DNA of 57,511 nt, from positions 14,401,896-14,459,406 of the forward strand of contig NC_068990.1 of the NCBI RefSeq assembly GCF_001194135.2. The letters run 5' to 3'. Below are positions 26,701-38,921 of this stretch, piece by piece (position 1 is the first letter of the stretch; every line of letters starts with the position of its first letter). This DNA is from Octopus bimaculoides. Its lineage: Eukaryota. The translations under genes and the position numbers were made by a program. The notes beneath the pieces were generated by a model that was given only the letters and a program-made list of their open reading frames with translations, had not been told where the DNA came from and ran no database searches.

Positions 26701-28768
26701 TGCAGCTGTAGTTGCAGGTGTTGTAGTTCCTGATGGTGCAGATGTAGTTGCAGCTGATGTCATTGCTGATTGTGCAACAGTTGTGGTTCCAGATACTACA
26801 GTTGTAGTTGCTGTTGTTGTAGTTGCTGCTGGTGTAGGTGTTGTAGTTGCTGATGGTGAAACTGTAGTTGCAGCTGTTGTAGTTGATGGTGGAGCAGCTG
26901 TTGTGGTTACAGATGGTGCAGCTGTTGTGGTTCCTGGTGTTGCAGCTGTAGTTGCTGATGGAGCAGCTGTTGTGGTTCCTGATGTTGCAGCTGTAGTTGC
27001 AGGTTTTGTGGTTCCTGATACTACAGTTGTAGTTGCAGTTGTTGTAGGTGCTGATGGTGCAGGTGTTGTGGTTCCTGGAGGTGCAGCAGTTGTGGTTCCA
27101 GATACTACAGTTGTAGTTGCAGTTGTTGTAGGTGCTGATGGTGCAGTTGTTGTAGTTGCTGATGGTGCAGGTGTTGTGGTTCCAGTTGTTGTAGTTGCTG
27201 ATGGTGCAGGTGTTGTGGTTCCTGGAGGTGCGGCAGTTGTGGTTCCAGATACTACAGTTGTAGTTGCAGTTGTTGGAGTTGCTGATGGTGCAGGTGATGT
27301 GGTTCCTGGTGGTGCAGCAGTTGTGGTTCCAGTTGTTGTAGTTGCTGAAGGTGTAGGTGTTGTAGTTCCTGATGTTGCAGCTGTAGTTGCAGGTGTTGTA
27401 GTTCCTGATGGTGCAGATGTAGTTGCAGCTGATGTCATTGGTGATTGTGCAGCAGTTGTGGTTCCTGATACCACAGTTGTAGTTGCAGCTGCTGTAGTTG
27501 TAGANNNNNNNNNNNNNNNNNNNNNNNNNNNNNNNNNNNNNNNNNNNNNNNNNNNNNNNNNNNNNNNNNNNNNNNNNNNNNNNNNNNNNNNNNNNNNNNN
27601 NNNNNNNNNNNNNNNNNNNNNNNNNNNNNNNNNNNNNNNNNNNNNNNNNNNNNNNNNNNNNNNNNNNNNNNNGTTGCTGGTGGAGCAGCTGTTGTGGTTA
27701 CAGATGGTGCAGCTGTTGTGGTTCCTGGTGTTGCAGCTGTAGTTGCTGATGGAGCAGCTGTTGTGGTTCCTGATGCTGCAGCTGTTGTAGAACTTGCTGT
27801 AGTTGCAACTGTTGTAGTTGCTGATGGTGCAGCAGTAGTGGTTCCTGATGTTGCAGCTGTAGTTGCAGGTGTTGTAGTTCCTGATGGTGCAGATGTAGTT
27901 GCAGCTGATGTCATTGGTGATTGTGCAGCAGTTGTGGTTCCTGATACCACAGTTGTAGTTGCAGCTGCTGTAGTTGTAGATGGTGCAGCTGTTGTCGTTC
28001 CTGATGTTGCAACTGTTGTAGCCACTGATGGTGCAGCTGTTGTAGAACCTGCTGTAGTTGCAACTGTTGTAGTTGTTGATGGTGCTGCAGTTGTGGTTCC
28101 TGATGTAGATGCAGTTGTTGTAGTTGCTGATGGTGTAGGTGTTGTGGTTGATGGTGGTGCAACAGTTGTGGTTCCAGATGGTGCAGCTGTTGCGGTTCTT
28201 GATGGTGCAGCTGTAGTTGCAGTTATGACTGTTGTGGTTGTTGATGGTGTACCTGTTGTTACTGATGGTGCAGGAGTAGTTACAGTAGTGGCTGTTGTTG
28301 CTGTCACAGCTGTAGTCACTGGTGAAAGTGCAGCTGTTGTTGTAGGTGGTGCAGCAGTTGTACTTGCTGATGGTGCAACAGTTGTTGAAGGTCTTGCAGT
28401 AGAACTTCTAGTAGCAGCTGTTGTCTTTGCTGAGGGTGCAGCTGTACTTGCAATACTGGTTGTTTCAGATGATGCACCTGTTGTAATTGGTGAAGCAGTT
28501 GTTATTGCTGTAGAAGCTGATGTTATTTTTGTTGGTGCACCAGTCGTGGTTGAGGGTGTTGCTATTGATGGTGCAGTGCTTCTTTCAGTTGGAGCCGCTG
28601 TTGTTGTTGTTTCACCAGAAGGTGCAGGTCTTGATGCACTTGAAGTGGTTGATGTTGCAGTTGTTCTTGATATTACAGTGGTCGTTGGAGTCATTGTTTC
28701 TGTTGTCTTACCAACAGATGTTGGTGCAATGGTTGTGGTTGTTGGGACAGAAGGTCTTGATGTTGAAA
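23716..28768 (-). CDS. Mucin exon: PTS domain 2 (about 5 kb, interrupted by N-gaps 25425-25511 and 27505-27672)
   Basis: Acceptor tatattgacag|TT TCA ACA; donor TCA G|gtattt. Three stop-free T/A/S/P-rich segments. The frame shifts across each gap, so the gap sizes are only estimates. Confidence 0.92.
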
Positions 28769-28811
28769 CTGTCAATATACAAAAAGTATGAAGTTTCATA
28801 TAGATATATAG

Positions 28812-28827
<16 letters not shown>

Positions 28828-28843
<16 letters not shown>

Positions 28844-28954
28844 CACAGTGAGAGAGAGACACAGAGAGAGAGACACAGAGAGAGAGAGAGACACAGAGAG
28901 AGAGAGACACAGAGAGAGAGAGACAGAGAGAGAAAGAGACAGAGAGAGAGAGAG
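28828..28954. repeat. Compound (GA)n/(GAGAGACACA)n microsatellite near the PTS2 acceptor
   Basis: Direct reading. Confidence 0.9.
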
Positions 28955-29331
28955 ATCATCGTGTCACTGTCAGTTATGACGATGAGAATTCCAGTTGATC
29001 CAATCAATGGAACAGCCTGCTCATGAAATTAACGTGCAAGTGGCTAAGCACTTCAGACACGTGTATCCTTAACATAGTTCTTGGGGAGATTCAGCGTGAC
29101 ACAGAGTCTGACAAGGCTGGCCCTTTGAATTACAGGTACAACAGAAACAGGAAGTAAGAGTGAGAGAAAGTTGTGGTGAAAGAGTACAGTGGGGTTTGCT
29201 GTACACCGGAGCCACGTGGAGCTTTAGGTGTTTTTGTTCAATAAACAATCACAACGCCCAGTCTGGGAATCAAAACCACGATCCAACGACTGCAAGTCCT
29301 CTGCCCTAACCACTGGGCCATTGCACCTCCA
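28955..29331 (-). mobile_element. tRNA-derived SINE family D, near full length
   Basis: Reverse complement of the 53566-53943 copy. Confidence 0.88.
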
Positions 29332-29349
29332 CGATTGATGATTTTAATG

Positions 29350-29392
<43 letters not shown>

Positions 29393-30445
29393 TATATATT
29401 ATATATATATAGCATATTGTGTACGTATATATATATATTTATCTATTTATATAAATATATATACACATATATATATTTCGAGCGAGGTCGTTGCCAGTGC
29501 CCCTGGACTGGCTCTTGTGCGGATAGCACATAAAATACACCATTTTGAGCGTGGCCGTTGCCAGTACCGCCTGACTGGCCTTCGTGCGGGTGACACGTAA
29601 AAGCACCCACTACACTCTCTGGGTGGTTGGCGTTAGGAAGGGCATCTAGCTGTAGAAACTTTGCCAAATCAGATTGGAGCCTGGTGTTGCCATCCGGTTT
29701 CACCAGTCCTCAGTCAAATCGTCCAACCCATGCTAGCATGGAAAGTGGACGTTAAATGATGATGATAATGATGATGATATATTTAATTTCTACAACCAGT
29801 AAAACACTAGGTTTAGCTATATATTTCATGAAAAACAATGTCTTTGGTTATACTTGTCCAGTGATGCAACCACTAGGTCAGTGTATTTCCAATAAAAATG
29901 GTGACAATGGCATGTCTGAGCAACAGAGCGCAGAAGAATATCATGGCCTATTTTTATTCAAACACACTGCTAAATTGTTTTTGTTTGCCCAATGTTTACA
30001 TATCTTGCCCAAGCATGTCATTAATTATGACTAACAAGTTGTACATTGAAACCCTTCATATAGACCTTTCTGCAGCTTTATATTTTTGATAATGAATTCA
30101 TTAGTTGTATCTTTGTGACTGTGGGATATTGGTAATTTCACCATAATTTTAGACATAACTTTTACCAATATTAGCATCAGGGGTATAAAATTATGTTCAC
30201 AATACATACATCAGGGAAAAACAAAATCATTTAGTTGTATATTTGAAATTGTAATAAAATATCTAATATACAGGTGCAAGACTTAGTAAACCCAAAATAA
30301 ATTCATGTGTGTAAATATCAAACTAATGACCACTTTAAAATAAATATTGAATATTATATGTTTTATATTTCAATCTTATTCATCTAAAATATTACTTTAT
30401 GCTTCATTCAATTATTAATTACTTCATATACAATAACTATCTTAC

Positions 30446-30892
30446 CTTCTGAAATATTAAAGCAAGCCTTCACCTGCACCCACACAAAATAGTCATCTGG
30501 TACACTTCCTTCTACAATTCCTTGAGATTCCAAAATAATCTTCACAGCTGTCGCCTTTGGATAATTATTCAATATAAGGGGTCCTGTAATGTTGGTACCT
30601 CCCACTGTCTTCTGGAATTCATCAGAGCCAGGTTTTTGCACAAGAACTGTTACCTTACCAACACTACCCCACATGTCGACTTCAAGCAGTTCAACTCCTT
30701 CAGGTTTATCTGTTAATTTTATAGTGACACTTGGTTTTGGTTCAGAAGGTGATTTTGGTACTGGAACCCTCCAACCAGGCAAGTCTGGTCTGATATTAGT
30801 TATGGGATAGTCTGGTGTGTCAGGAGATGATGATATAAAGGAATCAGGAATGATATTTATATCATTCATACCTTCTCTAATCACACAAGGTA
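30446..30892 (-). CDS. Mucin exon: repeated 149-aa module, copy 4
   Basis: Acceptor ttttctttccag|TA CCT TGT; donor GAA G|gtaag; 447 nt. Confidence 0.93.
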
Positions 30893-31827
30893 CTGGAAAG
30901 AAAACAAACCAATATAAATTGCAATGTTATCAATTGTACAAATCAATATATAACATTAGGATAAACATTACTTAAAATTTATTTAGTTTAAATAAACATA
31001 TATTAAATAAATTTCAAATTATGAGTTTAGATAAATAAATTATATCAATCTATGTTAACTATATATCTCAATTACACAATTATAAATGTAATGATGTTTA
31101 TTCCTAACGAAACAGCTGTAGAAATTAATTAGATTATGATCTATCAAATATTGGGATAGACATTACTTAAATTAATTGATATATATTAAATGAATTTCAA
31201 ATTATGAATTTACATTAATAAATTATATTAATTTATATTGACTAAATATCTTAATTACATAATTTAAAATCAATAATGCTTATTCCTCAAGAAACAACTG
31301 TTGAAAGTAATTACATTATGATGTATAAATAAAATTTATGCCATTCTGCTTTCTATTCTAAATATATGTAAGTTCTTGGTTGATTTTTAACTGATTACAT
31401 ATATGCATGCGAGCTTCTACCACCTGAATTTACTGGAATCTTTTAACATGCTGAAGGTTAATGACTTGTTATTAACTGTGCTCGTAATTAACATGGATGT
31501 ATACTTTTTGGTGTTTTATACATCATCGTTCTTTATATAGATGTATGCTAACATATGTAAAGTATCAAATGACTAATGTATAATTTATAGACAAGTTTTT
31601 ACTTGATAAGGTGGTAAAAATTATTGCTGTACTTTTATTTTGTTACCTACAGTAGGGACAAAAATCATAGTAGCTCTCGCTGATAGTTGAACAAAGAATG
31701 CTGGGCAAAGAAACTCATTTAGTTTATTGAGGTTCATTTTGAATATGTTCATTCCAAACAACTAACTGAGGCTAAATTTAAGAGATGTTTAAATACAAAT
31801 GTTAAAATGGCATATTCCCATTTATAC

Positions 31828-31950
31828 CTGTTGTTGTTGTCTGTGTAGTGGATTTCGGGACAAGACTTGTTGATGTAGTTGTTTCTAAAAGATGAGTTGT
31901 AGCAGTGGGTGTTTCAACAGATGGAGTGGTCACTATAGCTGTTGTACTTG
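31828..31950 (-). CDS. Mucin 123-nt S/T linker exon, copy 3 (an alternative in-frame acceptor would start it at 31959)
   Basis: Acceptor gtgacatcag|CA AGT; donor ACA G|gtataa. Encodes ASTTAIVTTPSVETPTATTHLLETTTSTSLVPKSTTQTTTT. Confidence 0.8.
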
Positions 31951-32034
31951 CTGATGTCACTATTTGCATAAAGAAAGGGAAAATATTGTGTAATTAATAT
32001 AAAAATTAAATTTATTATCACAAATATCAACTAA

Positions 32035-32067
<33 letters not shown>

Positions 32068-32111
32068 CGTATAGGAACAAAAAGATGACATCAGAAAAGA
32101 CAAAGATGATG

Positions 32112-32509
32112 TAATGGACTTCATTAGCTTATAGCTGTTTCTGTTATAAGATGTGATGGCCTGTTAGTTGAGTCGCTGGGTAACATCCTGTAGCTTCATC
32201 AGAGCCCCAAATATGAAGTGCACCCTCTCTGCATGACTACATGTCTGCATAATTTTTCTTTTCTTTTATTGCATTCTGATATAAACACATCTGCATACAT
32301 TTTTTCTACATTTGGACGGATCTTACCATAGGATTCAGCATAAGATTTCTCACTCATAACACGTGTAGGTTCTGAAAATGTAACTTTCCCAAATAAAGTG
32401 CACTTCGTATGCAAGGCTATGATAAAGCTACAGGATGTCACCCAGGGACTCCACTAACAGTTCACCACATCTTATAGCAGAAATAGTTGTAAGCTATGGA
32501 AGTTCATTA
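32112..32509. mobile_element. Foldback/MITE-like element with imperfect TIRs of about 85 bp
   Basis: 32112-32196 aligns with the reverse complement of 32425-32509; TA at both ends. Confidence 0.8.
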
Positions 32510-33718
32510 GGTAACATTAGGTTTTTCCAGTGTCATCTCTTTATTTGTATTACAACTCTATGCTCAAATAACATTGTGTTCTGGACCATGTATATCTTGA
32601 GTTCTGCTCCAGGTTATTAATCTTACTATGCCTAAGCAAAATGCTAAAATATATATACATACACATGAATATATAAGTATGTATGTAAGTATACCTGCAT
32701 GTATGTATGTACTTATATATATATATGTCATGGACTCTCCCATCGTTAGACAATATATGAGGGTTTGGCAATTTTTAAACAGACAACCACACAGATGATT
32801 TGTTACTAATGATTAAATGTTCGTGTAGACATAAGCCCTCTCCCTCCATCAAACCAACATTATCTGTACAAGTGCACCATGTGTCACATGTCAGATGACG
32901 AAATGATCACAGAGCAATGTGAAATGAAGTGCTTTGCTCAAGCACACAATGCAATGCCTGGTCTGGGAATTGAACACACAATCTTGCAATCATAAGTGCA
33001 ACACCCTAACCATTAAGCCATGCACCTTTATATGCACATGTGCATGTGTATACATATGTATGTATGTAGGCATATATGTATATATGGAGACATATTTACA
33101 TTTGCATGTAAGTATAAATGCATGTATGTATGTATGTATGTATGTATGTATGTATGTATGAGTAGCAGTGTGACAGCAACACAAACATTACTTCATAAAT
33201 TGTATTTTATGATACAGCAACAGAAATACAAGTGTCATTTGTTAAATATAGTCTTTCGCTTGATAAACGTATTTTATGTTAGAGCAACAAAATGCAAGTA
33301 TCATTTGAGAAATTTTATGGTAGAGTGACAGAAATAATAATGTTATTTATTATATGTGTTCTGACAGAGCTAAAAAAAACTAACAGAGTTAAACCTCAGT
33401 TATGGAAAGAATATATTTGTGACAATATAATGTTCTTTTCTACTCTAGGTACAAGGCCCGAAACACATATATATGACGGGCTTCTTTCAGTTTCTGTCTA
33501 CCAAATCCACTCACAAGGCTTTGATTGACCCAAGGCTATAGTAGAAGACACTTGCCCAAAGTGCCACACAGTGGAACTAAGCCTGGAACCATGTGGTTGG
33601 TAAGCAAGCTACTTACCACACAGCCACTACTGTGCCCATAAGTAATCAAACATCAAACACCGGGTAATTTTATCACAATAATCAATAGCATCATTATAAT
33701 CAATATAATCATTCTTAC

Positions 33719-34165
33719 CTTCTGAAATATTAAAGCAAGCCTTCACCTGCAACCAGACAACATAGTTTTCTGGTGTATTTCCTTCTACCGTACGTGGAGA
33801 TTCCAAAATAACCTTTACAGCTGTTGCCTTTGGATAGGTGCTCAGTATGAGTGGTGTAGAAATGGCAGTACCTCCAATTATCCTATGGAATTCATCAGAA
33901 CCAGGAATTTGTACAAGGACTGTTACTTTTTCTACAGAACCCATGAAAGCAACCTCAAGTAGTTCAACTCCTTCAGGTTTATCTGTCAGTTTTATGGTAA
34001 CACTTGGTTTAGGTTCAGAAGGTGATTTTGGTACTGGAACCTTCCAACCAGACAATTCTGGTCTGATATTAGTGACAGGATTGTCTGGTGTGTCAGGAGT
34101 TGATGATATGAAGGAATCAGGAATGATATTTATATCATTCATACCTTCTCTAACCATACAAGGTG
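33719..34165 (-). CDS. Mucin exon: repeated 149-aa module, copy 3 (C-terminal half diverged)
   Basis: Acceptor ttttcttttcag|CA CCT TGT; donor GAA G|gtaag; 447 nt, with no stops or indels. Confidence 0.93.
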
Positions 34166-35094
34166 CTGAAAAGAAAATACATATAGATTATAAATTGTAT
34201 ATATATATATATATAATATTATTAGGAATAAAAATCCAAATTTACAGGTTAAAAACTCAATAAAATTCAATTTATTAAAAATTAAAATTGAATTAAGTTT
34301 CACAGTATAAAATATAAATATATAGTTTTAGGGAAAAGAATCAAGGTTCATGAACTCATCGATGAAAATCCACAGTCACATACAGTTTTAGGATTATATT
34401 ATATTATACTTATTTATTATATTATATTATATTATATTATATTATATTATATCATATTATATTATACTGACCGAGACCTTTGGAAATGTGCTGTGCGTGA
34501 GAAGACCCGGCAAGCCAAGTAAGATCGTTGCCAGTGCCCCTGGACTGGCTCTTGTGCGGGTGGCACATGAGATGCACCATTTTGAGCGTGGCCGTTGCCA
34601 GTACTGCCTGACTGGCTCCCGTAGGATTTTCGAGCGAGATCGTTGCCAGTGCCCCTGGACTGGCTTGTGCGGGTGGCACATAAAAGACACCATTTCGAGC
34701 ATGGCCGTTGCCAGTATCGCCTGACTGGCCTTCGTGCAGGTGACACGTAAAAGCACCTACTACACTCTCTGAGTGGTTGGCGTNNNNNNNNNNNNNNNNN
34801 NNNNNNNNNNNNNNNNNNNNNNNNNNNNNNNNNNNNNNNNNNNNNNNNNNNNNNNNNNNNNNNNNNNNNNNNNNNNNNNNNNNNNNNNNNNNNNNNNNNN
34901 NNNNNNNNNNNNNNNNNNNNNNNNNNNNNNNNNNNNNNNNNNNNNNNNNNNNNNNNNNNNNNNNNNNNNNNNNNNNNNNNNNNNNNNNNNNNNNNNNNNN
35001 NNNNNNNNNNNNNNNNNNNNNNNNNNNNNNNNNNNNNNNNNNNNNNNNNNNNNNNNNNNNNNNNNNNNNNNNNNNNNNNNNNNNNNNNNNNNNN

Positions 35095-35145
<51 letters not shown>

Positions 35146-35442
35146 CCACATGTGTATTATATCAAATGACCCATGTGCTATTTATAGACAACGAATAGTA
35201 CTGCTTAATGTACAGTATACTCTAAACCTGCCTTTTAAAATATTAGAAATGTGGCGAGTATTACTGTGCTTATATTATTACCAATGGTAGGGACAAGAAC
35301 GATAATAGTTTTACCAGTGTTTGAACTTGGAATAATGGGAGAAGAACCTCAATTAGTTTTAATGTAGTTTATCTTGGAGACATTGGTTCTGAACAACTAA
35401 ATGAGAGTAGAAGAGATGTTAAAATGACAGCTTCCCATTTAC

Positions 35443-35565
35443 CTGTTGTTGTTGTCTGTGTAGTGGATTCAGAGACAAGACTTGTTGATGTAGTTGTTCC
35501 CAGATGAGGAGTTGTAACAACAGGTGTCTTAACAGTTGGAGTTGCCACAATACGTGTTGTAGTTG
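35443..35565 (-). CDS. Mucin 123-nt S/T linker exon, copy 2
   Basis: Acceptor gtgacatcag|CA ACT; donor ACA G|gtaaat. Encodes ATTTRIVATPTVKTPVVTTPHLGTTTSTSLVSESTTQTTTT. Confidence 0.82.
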
Positions 35566-36357
35566 CTGATGTCACAATTTGCAGGTTGAAAAGGAAAAGT
35601 ATAACATATGGTTACTATCAAAATTAGATATTAGTCAATTATTAAGAATATCTGGTGCTTAAACCAATGCCCACAAGAATAAAATAATATTTCATATTGT
35701 CGATAAACATATATTTATAATTGTTAGATAATTGTGAACATTGTGAAAATGGGGATGTAATTAATAATGATATTGGACAAAGCCATGAAAGTTACAATTC
35801 TTCAAGCTATTGCCTCCTTAACAGGGAAACAGGTGAGTGTTGGCAACAGGAAATGTATCTAGCCATAGACAATTCTGCCTCACTAAAAAAACGGCTCAAC
35901 CCATGCAAGTATGGACTAGCAGACATTAACATGAGGTTGATGGAGGATGTATAGAGTACCAAACTGGCAAAATTTAAAGCATACCATAGTTTGCATCCCA
36001 TTTCACAACCTGCACAGAGCTAAAGACAAACATAATTTGCTTCCAGAGGTTCAAATATTATACCTGGACATCAGAACCTTTTAGTGATGTATCTAACAGT
36101 TGTTAAACACCAGCAGATAGATCTTGATGTTTTTTCTTCTTTTCTGACAGAACATAAATGAGATGTTCCAATTAGTTAAAGTGAATTTGAATGTGCATGG
36201 TTTTTTTTTTAATCTCATTGCTAGTATAATGCAAGTAAAAATACTTTGAATCAAAATAATAGATAATTATTCCACAACTGATGTGTTTATGGCAATCTTT
36301 AACATCACAGACAATTAATCATATGACTGAAATATTTTATAAAAATTAAAACCTTAC

Positions 36358-36399
36358 CCCTTGTTGTAGGACTAGTAGCAGGAATAACTGTTCCTGTAA
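36358..36399 (-). CDS. Mucin 42-nt microexon, copy 2 (VTGTVIPATSPTTR)
   Basis: Acceptor tgtttttctag|TT ACA GGA; donor AGG G|gtaagg; phase 1-1. Confidence 0.8.
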
Positions 36400-36673
36400 C
36401 TAGAAAAACAAAAAATTATTTTTAATAAACTTCTTTTAACTGATTACAATTAATAACCATTATAATTATACATTTGATTACACTAACAGAATGTCTGCAT
36501 ATCAACAGTAGGATTGACAATGTATAAGTTGTAGTGAGTTGTGATATTGGCTAAGACATCCCCAAATGTGAATGGCCTATACATCTAGTTATATCTAGTT
36601 ACAATTTGGGCATTAATCTCTATAACCAGCAAAACACTGGGTTTCATTATATCATACACTCTCTGAACATTAA

Positions 36674-36893
36674 CCCTTTAGAATTTAAACTAGTCATATC
36701 CAGCCAAAATGTTCTACCTGTCATATATGTTAAAACTGGTCAGATCCAACCTCTCACATCTACCCTAAATGTTATTCTAAAAGTTAGCAATCCAATAAGT
36801 GGAATTTCAAAGGTATGAGATAATCCATAATAAATTCAAACAATGTGAATAAATAAGTGTTACATTTGACAGAGTAATCTGAATGGTAAAGGG
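36674..36893. mobile_element. piggyBac-like MITE
   Basis: TTAA|CCCTTTAG ... GTAAAGGG|TTGA: CCC...GGG termini and a near-TTAA target duplication. Confidence 0.7.
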
Positions 36894-37666
36894 TTGATGT
36901 TTTTCATTATAAGAGTCTAATGAGACAATCTCTGGATCACTCTGTTTACATTTATAATTGTGACAAAGTAATATCTGTGCAACAGACTACAGAAAAATTT
37001 ATTTTACCCAATAACACTGGCATATTCTATTTTTTCCAAAATATTTATATATTTTGCGAATATACATCATTTGTTATGACTATTTCATAAATATAAAATT
37101 TTAGTCCAATTCCTTCATTAAGAATACTTTTAAGAAGCATATAAAATAGTGGGTTAAGATTTCTTGATTACAAATTCTGTAGCCATGTCATTATGACTTT
37201 GAAATATTGATACATTTCCAATAATTAGAGATAACTGTTACCTATATTACTATCAGGTTAGAAATATGTTCATTTCAAAGTTTTCACTAATATAAACATG
37301 AAAACAAATCAATGTTGTGTTGTATAGATAAGCGTTGCAAAGAAATAATTATAATAAAATATCTTTAAACAGGTACAAGCAACATTTTAAATTTGAAGAC
37401 TTACAAAACTTATGTAAATTCAAGAGAATAAAGCTTAAAATATAGATCAATTCGAAGTAAATATTGAATACTACATCTTTTATATTTTTGCAATCTTCAT
37501 TATCAAATATATTTACCTCAGTCAATTATTATATCAGTTCATAACTAATTTAAATTATTTATTATCATATGTATAATAACTGTAACCAAAGTCAGATTTA
37601 GACAACTATTAATATTTCATTTCATGTACAATAACTATAATCAACAGGTAATATGATCATTCTTAC

Positions 37667-38113
37667 CTTCTGAAATATTAAAGCAAGCCTTCACCTGCAC
37701 CCACACAAAATAGTCATTTGGTACACTTCCTTCTACAATTCCTTGAGATTCCAAAATAATCTTCACAGCTGTTGCCTTTGGATAATTATTCAATATAAGA
37801 GATCCAGTAATGTTGGTACCTCCCACTGTCTTCTGGAATTCATCAGAGCCAGGTGTTTGCACAAGAATTGTTACCTTACCAACACTACCCCACATGTCGA
37901 CTTCAAGCAGTTCAACTCCTTCAGGTTTATCTGTCAATTTTATAGTGACACTTGGTTTTGGTTCAGAAGGTGATTTTGGTACTGGAACCTTCCAACCAGA
38001 CAATTCTGGTCTGATATTAGTTACGGGATAGTCTGGTGTGTCAGGAGTTGATGATATAAAGGAATCAGGAATGATATTTATATCATTCATACCTTCTCTA
38101 ACCACACAAGGAG
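37667..38113 (-). CDS. Mucin exon: repeated 149-aa module, copy 2
   Basis: Acceptor ttttcatttcag|CT CCT; donor GAA G|gtaag; 447 nt. Four amino-acid differences from copy 1 by manual comparison. Confidence 0.93.
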
Positions 38114-38798
38114 CTGAAATGAAAACCAACATAAATTAACATTGGGATAATCATCACTTAAACTTAATTTATTTCTCATTAAAATATATTGTCTCAATAA
38201 ATTTCAAAAAATCGCTTTACATTATTTAATGCATTAATTTATATTAAGTATGTATCTTAATTATATACTTATAAAATAAATGGTCTTATTCCTAATGAAG
38301 CAGCATTAGAAAGTAATTACAATATGATCTATCACTAAAATTTATACTTTCCTACTTTTTACTCTAAATATAAGTAAGCTCTAAGGTTCATTTTAACTTA
38401 TTATATCTCTGCATGCAAGCTTTTTACACCTGGATTTACTGCAATGTTATAATGTGTTAGAGCTCTTAATTACTGTGTATATATATATTTTTGATGTTTA
38501 TACATCATCTCTTTTCTATGCATATATGCTAACATATATAATATATTAAACAGCCAGTATATAATTTATAGACAAAACATTGAGGCACAATTGTGAATTA
38601 AACCTGATAATGCTGTAGAAATTGCTATGCAAACTATATTTCATCCAATGTTGGAGACAAAGACTGAAGTAGGTTTCACCAGTTTTTGAACTTAGAATGT
38701 AGTTTATTGCAGCTCATATTGAAAGCATTTGTATCTAACAACTAACTGAGTCAAGAGATATTTAAATACAAATATTCAAATAACATAGTCATATTTAC

Positions 38799-38921
38799 GT
38801 GCTGTTGTTGTCTGTGTCGTGGATTCAGGAGAAATGCTTGTTGATGTAGTTGTTTCTGGATGAAGGGTTGTAACAACAGGCGTTTCAACAGATGGAACTG
38901 ACACAATACTTGTTGTACTTG
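38799..38921 (-). CDS. Mucin 123-nt S/T linker exon, copy 1
   Basis: Acceptor gtgacatcag|CA AGT; donor GCA C|gtaaat. Encodes ASTTSIVSVPSVETPVVTTLHPETTTSTSISPESTTQTTTA; has two paralogous exons. Confidence 0.82.

Noticed and set aside
23808-28791. Long + strand Val/Ala/Asp/Gly ORFs (569, 779 and 365 aa)
   Set aside because: Antisense shadow of the PTS codons (ACA/GCA/CCA/TCA); no independent splice or start evidence.
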